Shown: positions 11,815-23,369 of the stretch, in pieces
How positions within the stretch are numbered: position 1 is the stretch's first letter
How the letters are laid out: each line of letters begins with the position of its first letter
NCBI GenBank assembly: GCA_964016885.1
Contig: OZ024741.1
Location: forward strand, 22,134,001-22,198,000
Direction of reading: 5' to 3'
Origin: Eledone cirrhosa
Lineage: Eukaryota
Length of the DNA stretch: 64,000 bases
The notes under the pieces: generated by a model
Seen by the model: only the letters and a program-made list of their open reading frames with translations
Told to the model about the DNA's origin: nothing
Databases searched by the model: none
Translations under genes and position numbers: made by a program

Positions 11815-12852
11815 ACAAGGGTTGTAACACCCCACTTGCTGACTTTGTAATGGGTATCCCCTGCTTACAAAGGTAGACGTAAGATTTTCTTATATATTTT
11901 TTATCGTTTCCTCTATATTTCCTTCTTCCCCCCATCCCTTCCTAGTCCTTCCACCCCAGTTCTCCTTCTTTGTCGTCGTTCTTTTCACCGTCTCGCCCAC
12001 CCCGAGACAGCCCTTCGTTCCTCTGTAGCCTCAGTACCCCCACCCCACCCCCTATTCTATGATAGAATTGGCCGAACCCGCTTTTTATAGCAGATGTGCT
12101 AGACCTCAGATACTTGCTTTCTTATCTGATTGCTGCCCCATTTCCGTGATTTCTAGATTTCTTAGTGGTATCTCTGCTTTAGTTTCTCGTATATCAGTAT
12201 TTATTGGAGGGGGGGGGGGGTTCTGAATTAATTTTTCGTATTAAATTTTTCATATATATCGTACGAGAATTTATGTAGTTTGCATTATATATCGTATTAG
12301 TATTCTTTTTCGTGATTCTGAATTAATATTTCGTATTAGTTTCGGGTCTCTGAATTATTATTTCGTATTAGTTTTTTTAGTATTTTGGCCCCCTATTTGT
12401 TGACCTGTCATTGTAAGATAGATTTGGCCGATTACTACTAACTCATAACATTCTTTCACTACAATCTCGTATTTAGTATCCCGCCCCACCTATTAAACTT
12501 TTCTATAGTTTAGCAGTACCAGTGAGAGATTTGATGATTGCGGTAGGGGAATAGTAACCAGAAATTGTGTTTTTTTATATTTTTAACATTCTTATTTTTC
12601 TATATAGATTTACTCCATATTGATTTACTTATTGTTTCGACTTCCTCCCCGTCTCCCCCTCTTGACCTCTTATCCTTAGGATTCTGCTGTAGTTGTCACT
12701 TTCAACGCACGACTTGGTTTCCTCCACTCCCTCTCCCTCTTTCTTCTACTGGCAAGTTCAGCTACCCCTTCCTTCCACAAAATGCCATGATAGTCTCAAC
12801 AACAAACTTTTGACGAATCCTTGTGACAATCACGTTTACCATATATGGAATT

Positions 12853-12949
12853 ACCCCCCTGAGAAGCTCGGCTATTCATTTACCAGGATAAAAATTTTCA
12901 TTTAGTCCCGAATTAGCCGTCGAAACGGCTTGAGCTCAGCCGTCGGGGT
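12853..12949 (+). ncRNA. Hammerhead-like motif with variant core (mirror at 10066-10161 on -)
   Basis: CCCC CTGAGAA G..CGGCTA...TAGCCG.C GAAACGGCT-tgagctc-AGCCGTC GGGG; 6-bp stem III, GUC site, A at position 8 in both copies. Confidence 0.7.
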
Positions 12950-12959
12950 CCTACTCGTT

Positions 12960-13029
<70 letters not shown>

Positions 13030-13144
13030 GAAGGATGTGTGGTAAGGAACCAGATGGACCATAAAGCACCGAGTACTCAATACTTAGGGTAGTAGAGTGG
13101 GTAATAGGAAAATGTTTAACCCCGACGACAGAGCTCTCAAGCCA

Positions 13145-14888
13145 GTATCGGCCCAGGCCATGTCTAACTTAATAGCACCACCTGGCGAAGTCTTACAAAT
13201 CAGGATTGGCCCACTCGAGCAGAGAGTTATTGTTTACGGAGGCATATCCGGGTGTAGGAGGCTTATCCGGGATTTCTTGAAGGAATTTATCCAAAGACTT
13301 CTTGAACTTGATGGGGTCTGTTTCTGTTTTGATGTGTTTTGGTGTAATGTTAAAGAGTGCAGGGCCAATTGAGGTGAAATTATTGTGCCGTATTGTTGTT
13401 ATGTGATGCGAGTGAGATTTTTGTCGTGGACGGATAGCACGGGGCTCAAGCCTTGGGTGTACACTAAAGGTGATACCAACATCATTTGGGCAAAGCTGAT
13501 GGAATATTTTCCACATCATACAGATAATGTAGCGTTCACGGCGACGTTGGAGAGAATAAAGTTTGAGCTTTTCTAATCGACTCCAATAGTCAAGGCGTGT
13601 CATGCCAACTATCTTTTTTGTAATTAACCTTTGGGGTGCTTCAACTTTCGTGATACTTTGTTTCGTGTGGGGTGACCACAGTGCACAACAGTATTCAAGC
13701 TGGGGTCGGGCAAAAGTGGAGAAGAGAAGGATAACAGTGTGGATATCTCTCGACTGGAAAGTTCTGAGAATCCAGGAACACATTCTGCGGGCCATATCAA
13801 CTTTGCTGTTTATATGAGTGGCCCAGCTTATGTTGTTGTCCACAATTACTCCCAGGTCTCTGATGTTATTGGATGCCACTAGATTTTCACCCGAAGGAAG
13901 AGAGTATGGTAGTTTCAGGGCATCCTGTTTTCCAGAGTGGATTAATTCAAATTTATCTTCATTCAACAGCATATTATTCTTTACCGCCCATTGTATAACA
14001 GCCAGTAGGTCTGACTGAAGGTAAGTCCGGTCACTCACCTCATTGATAACCCTTTGGAGCTTGGAATCATCTGCGAAGATTCTGATGTTGCTGTGCTTGA
14101 TGATGTCAGTAATGTCATTAATGTAGATGATGAAAAGAAGTGGGCCCAACACAGTGCCTTGTGGGACGCCACTGCTGACTTTGGCAGGGCTTGATTTTAC
14201 TCCTTCGACTAAAACATGCTGGGTTCTGCCTGTCAGGAAACATTTGATCCACTGTAGTAACCTTCCAGAGACACCAACATTGGATAGTTTTTTCAGTAGA
14301 ATCTTATGATCAACCCTGTCGAAGGCCTTGCTGAGATCAAGGTAGATGACATCAGTGTTGGAGCCCTCTCCCAAGGCTCTCAAAGCGTCGTCAAAGTGAT
14401 GCAGGAGCTGCGTTAGGCAGTTCCTTCCATTACGGAACCCATGTTGGTTGGAGTTCAGCAGGCCGTTGCTTTCAATAAAGTGGGTTATTCGTGATCTCAC
14501 CACCCTCTCAAATACCTTGATAATATGAGAGGTAAGTGAGATCGGACGGTAGTTCACTGCAAGGGACTTATTTCCCTTTTTGAAGACTGGGACAGAAATT
14601 TTTCAGGAATATAGCCAGTGTCCAGTGAGTTCCTCCACAAATTAGCAAGAGGAGATGCAAGTTGGTGTCGACACACCTTCAGGACACAAGCAGGGAACCT
14701 GTCGGGGCCTACTGCTGAATTGTGTTTAATTTCGTTTATTGCCGCTAAGACATCAGGGGCGCCAAACGTTATGTCCGATATAGTGTGTTGGGGATTAACA
14801 TCACTGATACGGCCCAGATCGGCCATATCAGGAATTGCTGAAAACAGAGCAGTATTGTTTCTGCAGTATCTCGCCCATGGTCTTGGCA
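13145..14888 (-). mobile_element. CR1-clade LINE, 5'-truncated RT
   Basis: 454-aa ORF: NYRPISLTS, QHGF, LDLSKAFDRVDH, GVPQGTVLGPLLF, FADD, LYSLQRRRER; frameshift near 14560; abuts an F1 pLTR remnant (13027-13145). Confidence 0.9.
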
Positions 14889-14908
14889 TTGTCTATGGAT
14901 ATACATAC

Positions 14909-14977
<69 letters not shown>

Positions 14978-15018
14978 GTATAAATATATATATATATAAT
15001 GTAAAGATATATATATTG

Positions 15019-15069
<51 letters not shown>

Positions 15070-15235
15070 ATATATATAAAGGTGGCTACAGTACACGAAA
15101 ATAAATACTGGCTATAAATATTAAAATAAATGCAAATATATATTTTCCTCCTGACATGAATTCGTGTTACTAACATTTCTGCGTTTAAAACAATAAAATG
15201 TATGATGTCATGTGAGCTATAAATGATATATGCTG

Positions 15236-15313
<78 letters not shown>

Positions 15314-15315
<2 letters not shown>

Positions 15316-17690
15316 AGATAGAAAAATGCGTACAGCAAAAAAAAGTAATATTGTTGGAATATAAACCTTTAAAAATACAGGACAAGAAACTAAAATAAAA
15401 CTTTAAAAGAATAGGACAAGAAACTAAGATAAAACTTTAAAAGAATAGGACAAGAAACTAAGATAAAACTTTAAAGAATTGGACAAGAAATAAAAAATTT
15501 TACAATAATATTAGTGGCAAAATTTTTATTGGTAAAAAATCGAGTTCCACATTCATAGGCTCTGGGATCCACATTCAGAGGTCGTCGTCAGACCGGGGGG
15601 AAAATTTGATCCTGGTTTGAACACCAATTGGGCCATAACCATACCCCTATTTCATCATTCGGCGACACGCCTCATGTGTCATGCATAATGTGAATGGACC
15701 CATGGGCCCATGAGAACAGATCTTGAGCAGCAGCGGACGGTCTTGTCGTCCCGCTCATCCTTGATCTTGACCAACCCGTCCATCTTCTCCTTGCATCTTG
15801 TCCTTGAGTTCAAGTCCGGCAGTCCAGATGAATGCGTGCCACAGCTTTCTGGTACAGGAAGGGGGAGCAGGAGGACTGGAGGGATGACGGGACAGAGGGA
15901 GGTGCCGTAGTCGGTGGTCAGAGTCGACATCTTGTCCGGGTCGTCTTCTCCATCTTCGTCTGGTGTTGCGGGACCAGAAGTGCATTCTTGAAGGAGACCT
16001 GCAGCTGCATCGGCCAATTCTTCTTGCAATGGTCATTCTGACGGAACAGAACTGCTCAGCCAACCAACCCCAACCAGAACCAACCGCTCAGGGGCAACGC
16101 ACAATGAGAGCATGACAATTATTATGCACTAATCAAGAAGATACTGGGGCATAGCACAGGAAACGAATAAAAATATTTTGCCACTAATATTATTGTAAAA
16201 TTTTTTATTTCTTGTCCAATTCTTTAAAGTTTTATCTTAGTTTCTTGTCCTATTCTTTTAAAGTTTTATCTTAGTTTCTTGTCCTATTCTTTTAAAGTTT
16301 TATCTTAGTTTCTTGTCCTATTCTTTTAAAGTTTTATTTTAGTTTCTTGTCCTGTATTTTTAAAGGTTTATATTCCAACAATATTACTTTTTTTTGCTGT
16401 ACGCCTTTTTCTATCTGGTCTACTATTTTTTAAGGCAATGCAAGCAACAACTATCTAATAATTAAATGATCATAGTGAATTACTGACAAGTGATTGACAT
16501 TTTAAAGTTCTTTTGAGTATAATTGCAATCTAGTTGAGGCAACTGGCTTAATGACAAAGCTAGTAAATCATGAATGCATTTGAGATGATTAGTGCATAAT
16601 AGTGAATTGGTGAAACTTGTGCATTTCAATGGTGTTACAACAATAGATGTAAGTTATATAGTAGTAATATTTTATCATTTTAACTTTTTAGAATGGACAA
16701 AAACCCATGCAAAGAAATGACTTTGACTGCAGTGATTCTATCCAATTTACTTACAAAGTAAAACGTGGTCAAATACCTTATCATCTCTGATAAAATGCCC
16801 ATTGAATCACTGAAAATCGGATGCATGGAATTCCTCATAAAATGCACCTATGAATCGGAAGCCATCACATATATCAATGGATATAGGGAGTTGTTCACAC
16901 TGGAAGACCATCACTTCATTTGTGACTTCATCAGTTATCTCCACGATTATCTCAGACACCCAATGCCATTGATGAGAGGTGATCCAATGTGTGAGCATGT
17001 AACTAATCTTATAGAAGTTGTTATCGACCACCTGACTTTTAGTGACATTTGACTGATTTGACTGATAATGATGTATTTTTAATAAGTATGTGTACATTCT
17101 TGTTACTATTTTAAGGCAATGCAAGCAACAACTATTTAATAAAATTTAAATTTAAAAATGACCATTGTGCATTAATAGTATGATGACATTTTATTAAGTC
17201 ACAAAATTAGTCAGTCAGCCATAGGACAAGGATCAGGTGGCAAAAACATTGGCAAAAATATGTGTCAATTTAAGATTTCCAGCATTGTTTAAATGAATCA
17301 TATCAGGTTTGAAGTCAGATTTGTCAAATTTTGACCAATTTTCAATGTTGTGAAGTTTGGGCAAGTTCAATTTTTGAATCATTTCTTTCATGCAGTAATT
17401 AAACTTTTCCAAACGTCGTCATTTCTGGATTACCTCCCCTAGCGTCACGCTTACTACTCACTCACTTGAACACAAGATTTATAAGCAAACTTTGATTATA
17501 AACTTTTTCCCGCTGGACCAAATTTCTAGATTTTTAAGCCAAAAGATGCGTAATGATCTACTGTTCATGCTCATATAAGTTTTATCTCAGTTAAATAAAG
17601 TAGAGCCGCGCTGTACTGTCGTAAACAGACGATTGCCAACGAAAACACGACCACAACAATATTACTAAACGGACTGCCGTCCGTTTAGGA
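15314..17690 (-). mobile_element. Non-autonomous derivative of the 40.9-50 kb Helitron
   Basis: 5' A|TCCTAAACGGAC-ggca-GTCCGTTTA shared with 40942 and 48708; 15530-16562 shared with 48982-49963; 3' end CTGG|T in (TA)n. Confidence 0.85.
16693..17052 (+). pseudogene. BACK/SPOP-like (BTB-associated) domain cargo ORF with one in-frame stop
   Basis: MDKNPCKEMTLTAVILSNLLTK*NVVKYLIISDKMPIESLKIGCMEFLIK resembles LSVENxxEILILADxHxxxxLKxxCxDFI. Confidence 0.55.
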
Positions 17691-18178
17691 TATATATAGA
17701 TATTAGTTTTGAAATAACTAATTAACCCGCGTGTGTTTTATATTTTACTCTTAATTCGGCCGGAGATTTACATTCCCATTTGCCCTTTAAAGCATAACTT
17801 TCCGTTATTTACTACGGTTACGAGATGCGGTTTCTTATTCAGGTACAACCTCTGATTTTAGCCTAAGAAAATATCTATATGCGTGTGTAATTTATACACG
17901 CATATATTTATTTTTCTAATTTCAATTGAGTTCTTAACACGTTGGATTGATAATGTTTTCGAAAAAACTGATTAACCCGGGTGTATATTATTTTTTTCCC
18001 TCCTTTCGTGGATCTTGGTTGTCTCCCCTTCCCGCTTAGTGACGCTACAATACTTCCTCAGTCAAAAACTGCTGGAATTTCAAATTTGCCGGTCATTCGA
18101 TGCGGGAGGGAGCAAATTAACAGACACGATTTTTAACTATGGTAAGAAATGTTTTTCTTATATCAAAGTTTAATGGGC

Positions 18179-18303
18179 TTCCACTGATGATTTATAAGCG
18201 CCCACCTAAATATATTCTTACATGAATGTATATTAGGCTTCTACATAAACTGGAAATATTCTCCGAATTTGTAGAAAACTTATAATGAAACAATTGTTTG
18301 GAA
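18179..18303 (+). ncRNA. Type I hammerhead ribozyme with branched 96-nt stem II domain
   Basis: TTCCA CTGATGA T TTATAAG [two hairpins] CTTATAA T GAAAC AATT GTT TGGAA. Confidence 0.8.
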
Positions 18304-18511
18304 TGAGAGATATATTTTAACTTTAATTATATCTCGTAAAATAATACAACTGGCTTTTCCACATAATACATATTGTTAGCACCCCAAACACTTAAATTGG
18401 GTTTATATTAAAATATAACCTAATGTTCGTTGAGTGAGATGGTTACCAGTCAGAGATTAGCTTTAAACTATCTCTGTTATTGAATTAATTATATATATAT
18501 ATATATATATA

Positions 18512-18958
18512 TAACGAAGGAAATGTGGTAAGGAACCAGGTGGACCATAACGCACCAAAGTACTCAATACTTAGGGTAGTAGAGTGGGTAATAGGAACAA
18601 GTAAGACCCCGACGGCTGAGCTCAAGCAGTTTCGACGGCTAATTCTGGACAGAATTAGCCGTCGAAACTGCTTGAGCTCAGCCGTCGGGGTCTTACTTGT
18701 TCCTATTACCCACTCTACTACCCTAAGTATTGAGTACTTTGGTGCGTTATGGTCCACCTGGTTCCTTACCACATTTCCTTCGTTATCTAGCTCCTATCCC
18801 CATAGTAGAGCACTTTCCGACCCTACCACGCCGTATCCAGACCTTTCCGCTAAGCTCAATCTCTTTCACCCGCACCATGCGAAAACACAACATCGACTTC
18901 GCAGTCCAGAATTAGCCGTCGAAACTGCTTGAGCTCAGCCGTCGGGGTCTTACTTGTT

Positions 18959-19005
<47 letters not shown>

Positions 19006-19130
19006 CGAAGGAAATGTGGTAAGGAACCAGATGGACCCCGACGGCTGAGCTCAAGGTGTTTCGACGGCTAATTCTGGACAGAATTAGCCGTCGAAACGGC
19101 TTGAGCTCAGCCGTCGGGGTCCTACTTGTT

Positions 19131-19133
<3 letters not shown>
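18512..19133. mobile_element. Cluster of F1 fold-back pLTR remnants
   Basis: Near-perfect ~270-bp palindrome 18512-18785, an extra partial direct copy 18904-18960 and another fold-back 19005-19133, all in (TA)n. Confidence 0.85.
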
Positions 19134-19165
<32 letters not shown>

Positions 19166-19184
19166 CACACACACATATATATAT

Positions 19185-19635
19185 ATAAATAATAAAATAA
19201 GATGCTGAGGTTACATATATTGTTTAATCATAATAATTATTTCCACGGTTCTCCATGCAATCGAGATGTCCTTCATGCATTTGCTGTTGTTATGAGAACG
19301 GTATCCTCAGACAAATACCCGATATGTTTGATATGTCGCTGCCAGGAGAAAATGTCTGCTGGGCACACAAGCAATAGGACGTGTGCTTTTTCCTGCCAGC
19401 GACATATCAAACATATCGAATTTTTCATTTGAGGATACCGTTCTCATAACAACAGCAAATGCATGCAGGACATCTCGATTGCATGGAGAACCGTGGAAAT
19501 AATTATAATGATTGAACGATATATGTAACCTCAGCATCTTATTTTGTTATTTTATAAATTCTCCATCGTAACTAAAAACTACGATTGTTGAAAGCTTTCT
19601 CCTGCTTACTCCTGTTTTTACCAAAACAATCTTTT

Positions 19636-19642
<7 letters not shown>
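19185..19642. mobile_element. Fold-back element with HHR in both arms (19228-19314 -, 19425-19511 +)
   Basis: ~165-bp imperfect arms; TCAT TTGAGGA TACCGTTCTC..GAGAACCGTG GAAA TAATTA TA ATGA; the left arm has CTGAGGA. Confidence 0.75.
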
Positions 19643-19702
<60 letters not shown>

Positions 19703-19888
19703 AATAATTGTTTCTACTTTTCGCACAAGGATAGCAATTACTCAGTGTATTACTGGTACTTTATCTTATCGACTTCGTAAGGATGTTAGGCAAATTTAAC
19801 CTCGGCGGGATTTGAACTCAAATCATAACTCTATGCTGCAAAGCTTGGCGTCTGACTCTCTACCGATATTGCCAATCCACCGCCCTCA

Positions 19889-19929
<41 letters not shown>

Positions 19930-19932
<3 letters not shown>

Positions 19933-22893
19933 CTTTCTTTATTAACCACAAGGGTTTACATAAAGTAGACATTAAGGACAGTACAGGACAAATCAGGACG
20001 GTACAAATGGGCATTTCTGCGTGTAAAAAAAACAGAGGATGTAATAAAAAATAACAATAAAAAATTCCCCAATAGGGAGGGAGACTTCCGAGAGACATTT
20101 GTGGAGAAAGCCCATTAAAAGGCCACAGTGACCCTGACCACCAGGGCAATGCCCTCTCCCAATTTTCCACCTTTAATTTATAGACACATACTCAGTGTAG
20201 GCCCATTCACACGGGCCATACTTGCTTCTCTCACCCATCTTTCAACAAAATGCTGGGAAGAGAGCACTTCCCTCTCTACCCTGATTTTCCTTTTCAAATG
20301 AAATTTGAAAAAGTTAATCAGGGCATCACCGAAGAGGTAAATGCTCGTCTTCGCCATGGCCACCAGACAGATAAAAACTGCCTGCCCTTCCCGGCTAAAG
20401 GAAGAGGGCGGGGAAATCCTCACCATGGACTCAGCTGATAGCTGGATCCGTTCTACACGTGACAGCAGGTGTTCGACATAAACCCACAAGTCAGCAATGC
20501 TCGGACACTGGACGAGTGCGTGCAGGATGGTTTCGTCGCCCTGCGCGCATCTCGGATATGCCCGGCTGACGGCACCTCTATGCCTGTAGAGTTTATCCCG
20601 AACTGGCAAAGCTCCTCGGTAGCACTGCCAGGCCAGGGATTTCTGGAAGTTGTCCATAGGCCCGGCCCGAAAGTCCTTCCGAAGAGATTGGCTAGTTGAT
20701 TTTCGTCGACGCCTAGAGTTTCTCCAAGTACGTCGTCGCTCTTCCCCTCCACTAATCCTCTATATAACGCCAAGGTGGAGTTTCCACCGATCACATTGCC
20801 CGATTGGTCGAGGGCTGTGAGCGCCTGAAGACATTCCAGTCTCCAAGCGCTCCCTCTCGGTCTTCGCTTGACCCAGGACTGCAGCTCCGTCAAGGAGACG
20901 AGCTGGGGAAAGACGTGTCTAGCAAACGGCGACCACACCTGATCACCGTCGAGGAAGAGGTGGAGATGTCGTAGCCTGAGCGCGTGTCTGCGCATAATCA
21001 GCCACGGCATGCCCAGCCCTCCACGTAGCGGGTGTTGACAGCAGATGGACCGCCTGACCATCGGAGCGCGTCCCTTCCACAAAAAGCGAAAGAGCAAACG
21101 CTCCAGCGCAGTCAGGCGGGGCTTAGGACAAGGTACGACGGTCAGGCGGTAGTAGATGACGAACGCGATGTACGCATTAGCCACCTCCGCTCGACCTTTT
21201 AGGGATAGCTTCCTCTCCGCCCATTTCTGGGTGAGAGAAGCCACCCTGCTTGTCACCTCGTCCCAGTTTTTGTCCGTCTGGAGGTCCGGACCGAACCAGA
21301 CCCCTAGCAATTTAACCGGTCCGTCCGTCCAGCGCCCGACGACGCTGTTGGACGGCATGGACCTGCCTCTCCAGGTGCCGAGCTGCAAGCCCACTGACTT
21401 TTCCTGGTTGATCATTGCTCCTGTCACCGCTTCGTATTCTCTTAGTGTAGTGCCGATTGCCTCGATGTGTTTGGCGTTCGACAACACTACGGTGACATCG
21501 TCCGCATATGCTGACACGGATCTTCCGCATCCTAGTTCACGCGGGACCCCTCTCAACGTCTCCAGTTTGTGCAGTAATGGCTCGAGAGTCAATACGTACA
21601 AGAGGGACGAGAGGGGACATCCTTGGCGGACCGAGCGCATGATGTTGAACGGTTCCGAAAGGTGACCGTTCACTCTCACCACAGAGCAGATGTCGCTGTG
21701 CATGGCAGCGATCCAGCCTCTGAAGACGTGCCCAAAGCCAGCCGCTCTCAGGACTGCCGCTAGGTAACGATGGTCGACCCTATCGAAAGCTTTCGACTGA
21801 TCTAAATTGATCAAGGACCCACCCGTGCCAGGTTCCCTAGCTACCCTCTCTATGATGTATCGCATGAGGTGGAGGTTGTCGTGGATGGATCTGTCGAGAA
21901 TGGCGCACGTCTGCGCCTCTCCTACCAGACCACCAACGACAAGTGCCAACCTCTTTGCTAGCCCCTTGGCCAAAATCTTGAACTCTGTGTTTAGCAGAGT
22001 TATGGGCCTGAAATTATCTATGTTATCCCCCTTGTTCGGATCCTTTCTCAGCAGCGCCACAGCTCCTCGGCTCACAGAGCTGGGAATTCTCCCGTTCTGT
22101 TGCCACTTGCAGTAGACGTTTGCCAAGAGGCCTCCGAACAAGTCTGCCATTTGTACGTAAAGTTCATAGGGCAGACCATCCAAACCAGGCGATTTACCCC
22201 TTGTGCAGCCAGTCATTGCCTCCCGTACTTCAGCGGCTGTTATCGGCTTTTCGCAACACTCCGCCTCAGTGGCCAAGAGCCGCGGCAGTCCGTCGAGGTA
22301 AACACTAAAGTCCATCCCTCGATGCGACCCACCGCTGCCCCCGAACAGCTGTGCGAAGTGTCGTTGAAAAGCTTCACGCTTCACACATTTGCCCGGGATC
22401 GTGTAGCATGCGCCCGTCGTGGTCCACCAAAGACCGTATCGTGGCTTTGTTGCCACGACGCGCCTCTGCCATTCGGGCCCATTGAACGGCTTTCGTCCCC
22501 TCGTGTCTGAGAGCACGCACCCTAGCTCTGACAACGCAGCCTTCGTGCTTTGCATTGAAGAATTGGTCAAGAGCCAATTTCGCCGCAAGTACGTCGGTCG
22601 CGATGCCTTTGCTAAGTGCCTCGTCTAATTTTCTAACTAATTCTCCCTCTGTTCTATTTTTCTCTATTGCTAAAGCCTTACTAAACCTAATGGACTCTAT
22701 TCTAATTGCTCTTTTCAGAGCAAACCACCACTTGTTGTTGACGATGGCCCCCGTCAACGCCCTCTTAACTAGTTCGCTAATCCGGTCTCTGTAGGCCTTG
22801 CGCGCTGGTAAGGACGCGTTTAGCTTCCAGTAGCCGGGTCCTTGTCTATGAAACCTATCTAAGTCAACCACACAGATCAGGAATTTGTGGTCC
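19930..22893 (-). mobile_element. Tx1/L1-clade LINE ORF2 (end of APE domain, RT, zinc knuckle), frameshifted
   Basis: DHK..GPGYWKLNAS, KSPGLDGLPYE, FRPITLLNTEFKILAK, LDQSKAFDRVDH, VRQGCPLSSLLY, AYADD; 3' end in (AAT)n. Confidence 0.92.
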
Positions 22894-22894
22894 A

Positions 22895-23218
22895 AACTAA
22901 AACAATACCAGTGGTTGTAGGCGCTCTAGGAATGATACCTAAGGGTGCTAATGGTTACTTATCGCAAATCCCAGGAAACCCGCGTATAGGAGAAATAGAT
23001 AGTACTAATGGGAACTGCCCATATACTAAGGAAGATTCTGTCAATATAAGTACATCACAAGTCTAAACACCTAAAGATGCATGTGTGTGTATGTATGTTC
23101 TTTCTTGAACGTGGCGGACCTTGTTGTCTCTTGAGGTCACTGGTTGTGACTTGGTGATAACTCGTATAAACATAAAGCAAGATAAATGCAACTGTAATAA
23201 TAATAATAATAATAATAA
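22895..23218 (+). mobile_element. R4/Dong-clade LINE 3' fragment
   Basis: KTIPVVVGALGMIPKG...VLMGTAHILRKILSI* then a 3' UTR ending in (TAA)n. Confidence 0.75.
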
Positions 23219-23369
23219 TTTGATTAAAATGACAGGAGGCCGGATTGCTAATATTCCTTTAAAGTTTTATTGTTGCAAAAAACACTATATATATTTCAAT
23301 GGCCTCTCTACGTAAGAACTTGGTGACATCATCAGGTTCGGATACGCCTGATGATGTTGCCAGGATCTA

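Larger units (their letters stand above)
9972..12961 (+). mobile_element. Penelope-like element (Nematis-like), 5'-truncated with inverted pLTR; parent of family F1
   Basis: Arms ~10055-11040 and ~12205-12961 inverted; centre encodes frameshifted TWFNPP..IGKIFFRLIEKHFP..CNC..CPL plus GIY-YIG (VIYQ..YIGLT..FKTRLYQH..CNLC..LLNKKDE). Confidence 0.9.

Noticed and set aside
17947-18065. Minus-strand TTGA-CTGAGGA...GAAAACATTA-TCAA as a hammerhead
   Set aside because: Stem I fits but no credible stem II closure across ~90 nt; left uncalled
23347-23356. CTGATGA in the 23.3-kb hairpin as a hammerhead or C/D box
   Set aside because: The motif is buried in the stem with no properly placed GAAA/stem III or box partner
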